A stretch of DNA of 64,000 bases from Actinobacteria bacterium HGW-Actinobacteria-6 (GTDB lineage: Bacteria; Actinomycetota; Coriobacteriia; Anaerosomatales; Anaerosomataceae): assembly GCA_002841295.1 (NCBI GenBank), contig PHEU01000007.1, positions 6,417-70,416 on the forward strand, read 5' to 3'. Below are positions 47,169-54,989 of this stretch, in pieces. Position numbers and translations under genes: made by a program. Under the pieces are notes generated by a model, which saw only the letters and a program-made list of their open reading frames with translations, was not told the DNA's origin and ran no database searches. Position 1 is the stretch's first letter. Each line of letters begins with the position of its first letter.

Positions 47169-48703
47169 AGCCAGAGAAGCAGCAAACCGAGCGCATGGGC
47201 GACAAGCTTGACCAAACACTCGTCACAGGCCAGAGAAGCGACGGGCGGGATGTTGCGCTCATCGTGATCTTGCTCGGCGTTATCACCGTTCTGCATCTGT
47301 TCACGACCACATCGGCTCAGGCCATGCCGATGCATCTGCTGTACCGCAAGCTGTACTACCTACCGATCATGTACGCAGGTTTCGTGTTTGGCCGACGCGG
47401 CGGTTTCATCACGGCGATCGCAGCGAGCTTGCTGTTTGGATTGCACGCTACGGTCTCATTGGGCGGCCTTCTCGGTGTGCATATCGACAACCTCTACGAG
47501 ATCGTGATGTACCTCGCTGTCGGTGTGATGTTCGGCTGGTTGCGTGATCTTGCCGAGGCCAAGACGAGCGACCTGCGTCAGTTGAGCAAACAGCTTGAGG
47601 AAGCGTACCGAAAACTAGAAGAGCGCGCGATACAACTCGTCAACATCCAGGACTACACCCAGTCGATCCTGCGCTCTATCACGTCGGGCGTCATGACTGT
47701 TGGTCCTGACGGCTCAGTCGCGACCGCCAACCCGGCCGCCGAGCGCATGTTGGGCGTGCGGGAGGTCGACATCGTCCCTCGGCGTATCGGTACGCTCTTC
47801 GCCGATGACTCAGGGCTCGACGCCGAGGTAACGAAGGTTCTCAACGGTCGCATCCCGAAGTCTGTCCGCGACATGCGACTGGTCACGCGGGCGGGCAGAG
47901 TGCTCCACGTGCAGGTCTCCACTTCGCGCATGCGCGATGTCGATGGCCGCATACTCGGCGCCGTCGTCACCATTGAGGATGTGTCCGAGGTCAAGGCGCT
48001 GACAGACCAACTTATCCGTGCTGATCGACTCGCAGCCATGGGCGAATTGACGGCGGGCGTGGCGCATGAGGTTCGAAACCCGCTCGGCATCATCAGGGCT
48101 TCGGTCCAGCTGGTTGAGGAATCTGGATGCGACCGCAGTAGGGTGCTGGAGGCGACGAGCGTCATCAAGCAAGAGATCGACCGCCTCGACCGCGTCATCA
48201 AGGCCCTGCTCGACTTCGGAAGGCCGTCGAAGCCATACCTACGACTAACGGACATGGGAGAAGTCATCGAGGACGTCATTTTGTTCACGCGCCGGTTTGC
48301 CGGACAATCGAAGGTGACGATCTCAGCCACCGACACCGGATCTCTGCCACAGATCATGGCTGACCCCGATCAAATGAAGCAGGTCTTTGTGAACCTCGTT
48401 TCGAACGCCGTGCAAGCGATGGAAGGCACGGGAGGCAAGATTTCTCTCAGTGGGCGGGTTGTTGACGGGTTCCTTTCGATCTCAATCTCGGACGACGGTC
48501 CCGGAATTCCCGCCGCAGACGTCAAGAAGGTATTTGATCCGTTCTACTCGACGCGTGATGCGGGTACGGGTCTCGGGTTGACGATCGTGCATCGTATTTT
48601 GGATGAGCACGACGGACACATCGAAGTCATAAGCGACCTTGGGCAGGGCACAACGTTCATCGTTTCCCTGCCTGTGTTCCAGATCAATGAGGAGGACCGA
48701 TGA
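47165..48703 (+). CDS. Sensor histidine kinase (membrane domain, PAS, HisKA, HATPase_c; NtrB/AtoS-like)
   Basis: ATG 47165 overlaps the rpoN stop (ATGA). There are four N-terminal TM helices, a PAS domain (SILRSITSGVMTVGPDG) and the H-box GELTAGVAHEVRNPL. N, G1 and G2 boxes are present (NLVSNAVQAM, DDGPGI, GTGLGL). Confidence 0.9.
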   Translation: MKPEKQQTERMGDKLDQTLVTGQRSDGRDVALIVILLGVITVLHLFTTTSAQAMPMHLLYRKLYYLPIMYAGFVFGRRGGFITAIAASLLFGLHATVSLGGLLGVHIDNLYEIVMYLAVGVMFGWLRDLAEAKTSDLRQLSKQLEEAYRKLEERAIQLVNIQDYTQSILRSITSGVMTVGPDGSVATANPAAERMLGVREVDIVPRRIGTLFADDSGLDAEVTKVLNGRIPKSVRDMRLVTRAGRVLHVQVSTSRMRDVDGRILGAVVTIEDVSEVKALTDQLIRADRLAAMGELTAGVAHEVRNPLGIIRASVQLVEESGCDRSRVLEATSVIKQEIDRLDRVIKALLDFGRPSKPYLRLTDMGEVIEDVILFTRRFAGQSKVTISATDTGSLPQIMADPDQMKQVFVNLVSNAVQAMEGTGGKISLSGRVVDGFLSISISDDGPGIPAADVKKVFDPFYSTRDAGTGLGLTIVHRILDEHDGHIEVISDLGQGTTFIVSLPVFQINEEDR

Positions 48704-50049
48704 AACGGCGCGTACTGATTGCCGATGATGAGAAGAACATGCGCTGGGTGCTTGCCCAGGCATTGAGCGCTGAAGGGTACGAGGTGCAGGAGGCGGCCGA
48801 CGGTAAGGCAGTTCTGGCCGCCGTCAATGAGCAGCCGCCGGATCTTATGGTTCTCGACCACAAGATGCCCGCGCCGGACGGCATGGAGGTTCTGCGTCGG
48901 CTGCGGGCCAAAGGACACTCGTTCCCGATCATCATGCTCACAGCGCACGGCAATGTGACGAGCGCTGTTGAGGCGATGAAGGCGGGCGCAAGCGAGTATC
49001 TGACGAAGCCATTCGATCTTGAAGAGTTGAAGATCAGCATTGAGAAGGCCCTGAAGGTCAGCGAGCTCTCGGCCGAGGTCACACGGCTTCGCGAGGAGCT
49101 CGACCGGGACTACGACGTCTCGGGAATCGTTGCGGCCGATCCGTCGATGCTCGGCATCCTTGAGACCATTCGCAAAGTTGCTCCGACGAGTGCCACCGTC
49201 ATGGTCTATGGCGAGTCAGGTACGGGCAAAGAGCTCGTAGCCCGGGCTATGCACACAATGTCGGCCCGTTCGACCAAGCCGTTCATCTCTGTGAGCGCAG
49301 GCGCGTTGCCCGAGACGCTTCTGGAGAGTGAGCTGTTCGGGTACGAAAAGGGCGCCTTCACTGGTGCAATGCAGGCAAAACCCGGGCGTTTCGAACTCGC
49401 AAACGGCGGGACGATATTCCTGGATGAAATCGGGGACATCAGCCCGAACGTGCAAGTCAAGCTGCTGCGGGTACTGCAGGAGAGGACTTTTGAGCGCCTT
49501 GGCGGCACACGTCAGATCGAGGTCGATGTTCGCGTCGTGGCGGCTACCAACCGGGATATCCAGCAGCTGATTGCCGACGGGGATTTCAGAGAGGATCTCT
49601 ACTACCGGCTCAACGTCGTCCCTGTCACCTTGCCGCCGCTTCGGCAGAGACCAAGCGAGATTCCGCTTCTGATCGCGCACTTCCTTGAGAAGTACAAGGC
49701 CGGCGACAGGCACTTCTCCGACGAGGCCATGAGGCTATTGGTCGAATATCAATGGCCCGGCAATGTCCGCGAACTTGAGAACACCATCGAGCGGATAGGA
49801 ATCCTTGCCCGCGGCGAAGAAATCGATATTGATGATCTGCCTTCGGAGGTGCGCGCCGGAGTCGCGATGTGCTCACCCGGCGAACGATGTTTCGTTCTGC
49901 CAGAGGTCGGAATCAGCTTGGAAGAAGTGGAACTCGACTTCTTGCGACAGGCGCTTGAACGCACTGGCGGTTCGGCTCCCAAGGCCGCAAAACTCCTCGG
50001 TCTTACAACCAAGACCCTGGAAGCCCGAATGGAGAAGTTCGGCTTGTAG
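48700..50049 (+). CDS. Sigma-54-dependent response regulator (NtrC family: REC, AAA+ with GAFTGA, Fis-type HTH)
   Basis: REC domain (DLMVLDHKMP), Walker A GESGTGKE, GAFTGA loop (EKGAFTGA), and a C-terminal HTH (APKAAKLLGLTTKTLEARMEKFGL). ATGA overlap with the kinase stop. Confidence 0.95.
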   Translation: MKRRVLIADDEKNMRWVLAQALSAEGYEVQEAADGKAVLAAVNEQPPDLMVLDHKMPAPDGMEVLRRLRAKGHSFPIIMLTAHGNVTSAVEAMKAGASEYLTKPFDLEELKISIEKALKVSELSAEVTRLREELDRDYDVSGIVAADPSMLGILETIRKVAPTSATVMVYGESGTGKELVARAMHTMSARSTKPFISVSAGALPETLLESELFGYEKGAFTGAMQAKPGRFELANGGTIFLDEIGDISPNVQVKLLRVLQERTFERLGGTRQIEVDVRVVAATNRDIQQLIADGDFREDLYYRLNVVPVTLPPLRQRPSEIPLLIAHFLEKYKAGDRHFSDEAMRLLVEYQWPGNVRELENTIERIGILARGEEIDIDDLPSEVRAGVAMCSPGERCFVLPEVGISLEEVELDFLRQALERTGGSAPKAAKLLGLTTKTLEARMEKFGL

Positions 50050-50076
50050 CCGCAGCCTCCGCTGACTGTCAACCCT

Positions 50077-50092
50077 TGGCACGAGGCTTGCA
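50077..50092 (+). promoter_or_regulatory. Sigma-54 (-24/-12) promoter TGGCAC-GAGGC-TTGCA
   Basis: Perfect match to TGGCAC-N5-TTGCW. It lies 28 nt after the NtrC-family gene stop and 40 nt upstream of ATG 50132. Confidence 0.75.
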
Positions 50093-50131
50093 ATACTCGT
50101 TATGTTGTTCTACATCGTCGCAGGGTGAAGT

Positions 50132-50488
50132 ATGCATCCACAGAGCAAGCGAAGAGTGGTCGTTGTTGCAGCGGGTATCATCGCTGTCGTTTCGCTTGTC
50201 GCCGGACTCATTCTGCTCGTCAATGCCGAGGACGGATTCTCCGGTTGCACGGGTGCGGCTGAGTTTGGTTGGCTGGCGCCTTTGCTGGCAGCGTCGATCA
50301 TCGGCGGCCTCGCCTGGGTACTGTTGGCTCAAGATCCTCCTGCGGCCGATGATGCCGGAAACACGCAGATCGCGGAATGCCCGGAGTGCAAACGAGCGGT
50401 TCTCGGCCAATGGCGAATGTGTCCATACTGCGGAGAGATGCTCGATCCTCGCTACTCCACCCGCGCGGCAGCGTCACAGAACAAGTAG
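50132..50488 (+). CDS. Two-TM membrane protein with a C-terminal zinc ribbon (CPEC-x12-CPYC)
   Basis: 118 aa with two hydrophobic helices, then ECPECKRAVLGQWRMCPYCGEML. RBS AGGGTGAAG. No named family recognised. Confidence 0.6.
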   Translation: MHPQSKRRVVVVAAGIIAVVSLVAGLILLVNAEDGFSGCTGAAEFGWLAPLLAASIIGGLAWVLLAQDPPAADDAGNTQIAECPECKRAVLGQWRMCPYCGEMLDPRYSTRAAASQNK

Positions 50489-50509
50489 TGGAATTCACGA
50501 ACGCCGGAG

Positions 50510-50740
50510 GTGCTTATGTCTGAGTTGGTCACAACGCGCTTCGCTACGACCGGTATGCACTGTCACTCATGCTCGATGCTCATCCAGATGAGCCTCGACG
50601 ACGTTGACGGCATTGAGAGCGCGGTTGCGGACAGTGCGTCTGGTATGACGGAAGTCGTCTACGATGCCGAGCGTGTTACTCCCGAGGTTATCATCTCGGA
50701 AATCGTTAAGGCAGGGTACGGCGCTGAGGTTGCCGAGTAG
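50510..50740 (+). CDS. Heavy-metal-associated (HMA) domain metallochaperone, CopZ-like
   Basis: 76 aa. TTGMHCHSCSMLI is a GMxCxxC motif in a beta-alpha-beta-beta-alpha-beta sized protein. GGAGGTG lies upstream. Confidence 0.85.
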   Translation: MLMSELVTTRFATTGMHCHSCSMLIQMSLDDVDGIESAVADSASGMTEVVYDAERVTPEVIISEIVKAGYGAEVAE

Positions 50741-50758
50741 ACCTACGACTGGACGAAA

Positions 50759-50775
50759 ATACCCCCCGGGGGTAT
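50759..50775. promoter_or_regulatory. CsoR/RcnR-type operator ATACCCCC-C-GGGGGTAT in the ccdA promoter
   Basis: TGGACG (50750-50755)-N17-TATAGT (50773-50778). The palindrome again fills the spacer, and its terminal TAT starts the -10 hexamer. Confidence 0.65.
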
Positions 50776-50860
50776 AGTATATGCACTGCGAACCGAGGCC
50801 GCGAGCAGCGGCCTCTGCCGTATCCACAATTCGGTGCGGTGCTTGATGATTGGATGATTC

Positions 50861-51607
50861 ATGCCTGACGCCACCGTGAGCTACCTTGGAGCCTTTCTTG
50901 GCGGCCTTTTGTCGTTTCTGTCGCCGTGTGTGCTTCCGCTCATTCCCGGATATCTGTCCTTCATGACCGGACTGAGTGCCGGGGACCTGAAGAAGGGGGA
51001 GTCCGGCGTCGCCAGGGTTCTCATTCCGAGCGCGCTGTTCACGCTAGGATTCTCCGTCGTGTTCATCTTGCTAGGCGCCGCAGCTGGCTTCGCGAGCGGT
51101 GCCCTTCGTCCGTTCATGATCCGCTACGAGAATATTCTGGGTGTTGCTGCCGGTGTCGTGGTCGTGCTAGTGGGCGTGTTCTTGCTCGGTGTCATCAAGG
51201 TGCCCTGGCTGTACGGTGAGGCGCGCTTCGAGATGGCTAAGGCTCGGCGCTTTGGCCATGGAGCATCGTTCGTCATGGGCCTGGCTTTCGGCTTCGGGTG
51301 GACACCGTGCGTGGGACCGATATTGGCTGTCATTCTCGGCATGGCCGCCCAGACGGGGGATGCGGTGCGTTCCGCCAGCATGCTCGCCGTGTACTCGCTG
51401 GGCCTGGCAACACCGTTTCTTCTGACAGCGGTCTTCTTCGGCCGCCTGACCACTGCCCTGGGATGGTTCAATCGGCACTCGCTTGCGTTGTCCCGAGCGG
51501 CGGGCGTCGTGTTGATTCTCATGGGCGTGCTCATAGCGACCGGTGAGCTTGGTCGCCTGTCTACTCTCATCATCAAGGCGCTGCCATTCTTGTCTGGCCT
51601 CGGCTAA
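50861..51607 (+). CDS. ccdA: Cytochrome c biogenesis / thiol-disulfide transfer protein CcdA (DsbD-family membrane core)
   Basis: LSFLSPCVLPLIPGYLSF and GWTPCVGPILA are the two conserved Cys-containing motifs of CcdA/DsbD. Six TM helices. Confidence 0.9.
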   Translation: MPDATVSYLGAFLGGLLSFLSPCVLPLIPGYLSFMTGLSAGDLKKGESGVARVLIPSALFTLGFSVVFILLGAAAGFASGALRPFMIRYENILGVAAGVVVVLVGVFLLGVIKVPWLYGEARFEMAKARRFGHGASFVMGLAFGFGWTPCVGPILAVILGMAAQTGDAVRSASMLAVYSLGLATPFLLTAVFFGRLTTALGWFNRHSLALSRAAGVVLILMGVLIATGELGRLSTLIIKALPFLSGLG

Positions 51608-51647
51608 CTGACGTCGTGCTGGTCTGCACGCGGCGTTCGGGCTAGGA

Positions 51648-54600
51648 TTGAGCCAGTCGAAGAGGGCGGACGGTGGGATGGCACGGTCAAGACCGTTCAA
51701 GCGTAGTCTTGCGAACCGATACACGTTGCTGGTTGCCGTCCTCGTGGGTTTGACCACGCTGATTCTCGCGAGCGCGCTCGCCAGCGGCGTCTACCGTATG
51801 GCTCTGGGCGAAGAGTCTTCACGACAGCGCGCGCAGGGCGAGCTTATCGTTCGGGATGTTTCCAATCGGCTCCAGTCGTCGTTTCGGGTGCTTCGCACAC
51901 TCGCAAGTCGCGACGTCATCGTCGGTGGCGACGACCGGGCAGTCGGGAAGGCGCTTGCGAGCGCGTACGTCGACAATGCCGAGTACCTGCGGGGAATCGC
52001 GCTCTACAGCTTTGAGGGCTCTCCGACGGTCATGTATCCCCAAGATCAGGCGCTGCCGTCCGATGATGTGATTCGTGGCTCGAACCTCTCTGAGGGCGTC
52101 GCGTACCTTTGGCTGGAGGCAGATGACCCAACCCCTGCATCGCTGTGGGTACTGGTTCCGATTCAGCTGTCGGATGGCTCTGAGTCCGTGCTTCTCGGCG
52201 CCGTGCGCACGGCGTTCATCGATGATGTTCTCAAACAAGTGAGCTTCTCTGAGAAGTCGCCGACCGCTCTGATCGTCGACTCGGCCGGGACATCCGTACT
52301 GACTGCCGGTGACCCACAGGTCTATCTGAACTCAAATATCGAGTACGACCCATCAGGGGATGATTCCGGACTCGGTTCGGTGCTGGTCGCCTCTGCGGCA
52401 GGGCAGAGATTCAGGGGCGTCTACGCGGACATATCAGGTCTGACGGGACTTGACTGGCGCGTGGTTGTGACCGAGCCGGACACCATCGTTGCCGCCGAGA
52501 CCTGGCAGGCGCTACGGCCTGCCGTGTTCGCGTGGGGCGCATCTTCAGTCATCGCACTCATTCTTGCGCTCGTCTCGGTGGCCTGGCTTGCGAGGCCTCT
52601 CAGGCTACTGGATGAAAGGGCGCGCGCGGCCGCATCCGGGGCGATGCTCGAACCGCTTCCAGTCACGCGGAGTGATGAGATCGGCCGACTGATCGAGTCT
52701 TTCAACTCCGTCGGTCAGCGTCTGAACCGCATGCACGACATGTCGCAGATGCTTGCCCGCTCGGCTGACCTTGACCAGGTTCTGGATCTTGTTCTCGTGT
52801 CGCTAGGACGGATCTTGGTTGTCAAGGACGTGGGCATCATGCTTCTAGAGGACGAGGGACGGACCCTGTGGCTGGCGCGGGCAGCTGGCACGCTCGCGAA
52901 GTCGGCGGGAGCCAGAATCAAGACCGATTCATCGCGCTGGCTGGCAGAGGTGGTAGCCACGCGTGAGATGGCCGAGTTCATTGGAGAAGTGATCTCAGAT
53001 CCGGTCATCATGCTTCGGGGCGCTGACGATACATCGCTGAGGGCGCTTGCTGTGCCGTTGGTCAAGGGCGAAACGATGCTCGGTGTCATGGTCGTGATGC
53101 ACGGGGCCGAGGAGGCATTCAGCGACGCCGAGGCAGAGCTTGCGCGCTCCTTTGCTGCACAGGCATCGGTTGCCCTCGACAACGCGAGGCTCTTTGCCGA
53201 GGAGCGGCGCTCCAGGAGAGATGCTGAGGCACTGCGACACGTTGCCGAGATAATGGGAGGGGCTGACTCGCGACGGGATTCGCTGAGCTTGATCGCGGGC
53301 ATCGAAGCCGAGCTGCTCGACGCCGACCTGTCGTGGGTATTCCTTGAGGGCGGGAGTGCGATGCGTGGCACCGCCGAGGAGGCGTTGGCCGGTTCGTGGC
53401 TCTCGCTGTGGCGACGTCTGCATGCCGAGCGTTCGTTTGCTGATACTTCGATGCCTGTCGCGCTTACGGACGCTGATACGGATCCTGAGGTTCGTTCTCG
53501 CCTCCGCGGACTCGGCGTGCGGATGGTTGTGATCTCGCCGATCACAGTGAGCGACTCGCTGGCCGGCCTGGTCGTGCTGGGGTGGTCCAACCGGACCTAT
53601 CAGCTCGACAAACGTGCCAACGAACTGACCTCGGCGATAGGCAAGCAAGTTGCGCTCGCGCTGCAGAACGCCATGCTATTCGACGAGGCGCGGACCCGCG
53701 CGGACAACCTTGAGACGATCTTCCGAATATCGCAGGCGGTAAGTTCTTCGTTGCAGAGCAAGGTCGTGCTCAATCGCGTGCTCGACGTCGTCCAGAAGAT
53801 CCTCTCGGCAGATGCCGTGATGCTCATGACGCTCGACGTCGATCGTTCTCTCATGATCGTCCCGATGGCCCGGGGAATCCTCAGCCCTGAGATGCTGCAG
53901 ATGGAGTTTCGTGCAGGCGAAGATCTGCCTGGTGAGGTCTTTGAACATAAAGAGCCAGTGAATGTTATCGATCTTGCTGACTCGGCCTCTCCTCTTGCTC
54001 GGTTGGCCGCGTCACAGGACCTTGGCTCGGCGGTATTCGTCCCGCTGCTCGCGCGAGGCCGGTCTATCGGCGTACTCGCGGTGTTCTCCCGGGACAAGAA
54101 CGCGTTCATTCCTGAAGAGGTGGAGCTGCTCAGGACGTTTGCCACTCAGGCTGCGCTTGCTATTGATACCGCGAACCTCTTCAGCCGCGAACATCATGTC
54201 GCGACAGTGCTTCAGCACAGTATCCTTCCAACCAGGCTTCCGCTGATCGAGGGCATCGAGTCGTCGAGCGTATACGTTCCGGCCGGAAGTGAGGTAGAGA
54301 TCGGTGGCGATTACTACGATCTGTTCCTAGCTCCGGATGGGCGGGTAGCGCTGGCAATCGGCGATGTTTGCGGGAAAGGCGTAGAGGCTGCGACCAAGAC
54401 ATCGATGATCAAGTATTCGGTCAGGGGCATGATTGCGGCAGGAGCGAGCCCTTCGGATATTCTCGCGGAGCTCAATCGGGCGCTCGTTGCAGCCGGTGAC
54501 CCATCCGATATCGTGACAGTGTGGCTGGGATTGCTTGATATCGGGACCGGTCGACTCTCCTGGGCGAATGGAGGGCACCCGCCTTCGATGCTTCTGCAAC

Positions 54601-54941
54601 CCGAAACCGGGGAGATCGTCAGACTTGGGACCACGGGAGCGCTTCTCGGCGCGATCAACTCCGCCGAGTATGGGGAGTCTGAGGTTATCGTTGAGCCGGG
54701 CAACACGATTCTCCTGTATACCGATGGTGTAACGGAAGCGCGTAGCCAGGGCCGTTTCTTTGGTGAAGGTCGTGTGAGACGCGCGCTTCGACAGGGCGGC
54801 AGTCCGGCTGTGGTCACGCAGCGCCTGCTGGCGTCGGTACAGCGATTCTCTCACGGGGACCTCCGTGATGATGCCGCAATACTCACACTCATGCTCAAGG
54901 GCCCGGTCGAAGATCAGCCCCGCGGTGTTTCGGTACAGTGA
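51648..54941 (+). CDS. Large membrane sensor phosphatase: extracytoplasmic sensor domain, HAMP, about three GAF domains, PP2C (SpoIIE/RsbU-type)
   Basis: 1097 aa with two TM segments flanking a periplasmic-like domain of about 270 aa. HAMP domain (RPLRLLDERA...IGRLIESFNSVGQRL), repeated GAF-like blocks, and a C-terminal GGDYYDLF...IGDVCGKGVEAA...YTDGVTEA. The start is TTG 51648 or ATG 51678. Confidence 0.85.
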   Translation: MSQSKRADGGMARSRPFKRSLANRYTLLVAVLVGLTTLILASALASGVYRMALGEESSRQRAQGELIVRDVSNRLQSSFRVLRTLASRDVIVGGDDRAVGKALASAYVDNAEYLRGIALYSFEGSPTVMYPQDQALPSDDVIRGSNLSEGVAYLWLEADDPTPASLWVLVPIQLSDGSESVLLGAVRTAFIDDVLKQVSFSEKSPTALIVDSAGTSVLTAGDPQVYLNSNIEYDPSGDDSGLGSVLVASAAGQRFRGVYADISGLTGLDWRVVVTEPDTIVAAETWQALRPAVFAWGASSVIALILALVSVAWLARPLRLLDERARAAASGAMLEPLPVTRSDEIGRLIESFNSVGQRLNRMHDMSQMLARSADLDQVLDLVLVSLGRILVVKDVGIMLLEDEGRTLWLARAAGTLAKSAGARIKTDSSRWLAEVVATREMAEFIGEVISDPVIMLRGADDTSLRALAVPLVKGETMLGVMVVMHGAEEAFSDAEAELARSFAAQASVALDNARLFAEERRSRRDAEALRHVAEIMGGADSRRDSLSLIAGIEAELLDADLSWVFLEGGSAMRGTAEEALAGSWLSLWRRLHAERSFADTSMPVALTDADTDPEVRSRLRGLGVRMVVISPITVSDSLAGLVVLGWSNRTYQLDKRANELTSAIGKQVALALQNAMLFDEARTRADNLETIFRISQAVSSSLQSKVVLNRVLDVVQKILSADAVMLMTLDVDRSLMIVPMARGILSPEMLQMEFRAGEDLPGEVFEHKEPVNVIDLADSASPLARLAASQDLGSAVFVPLLARGRSIGVLAVFSRDKNAFIPEEVELLRTFATQAALAIDTANLFSREHHVATVLQHSILPTRLPLIEGIESSSVYVPAGSEVEIGGDYYDLFLAPDGRVALAIGDVCGKGVEAATKTSMIKYSVRGMIAAGASPSDILAELNRALVAAGDPSDIVTVWLGLLDIGTGRLSWANGGHPPSMLLQPETGEIVRLGTTGALLGAINSAEYGESEVIVEPGNTILLYTDGVTEARSQGRFFGEGRVRRALRQGGSPAVVTQRLLASVQRFSHGDLRDDAAILTLMLKGPVEDQPRGVSVQ

Positions 54942-54989
54942 GCAGAGGGAAACCTCCTGCAGAGCGACGAAGGATGCGAGGAGCTGGAC

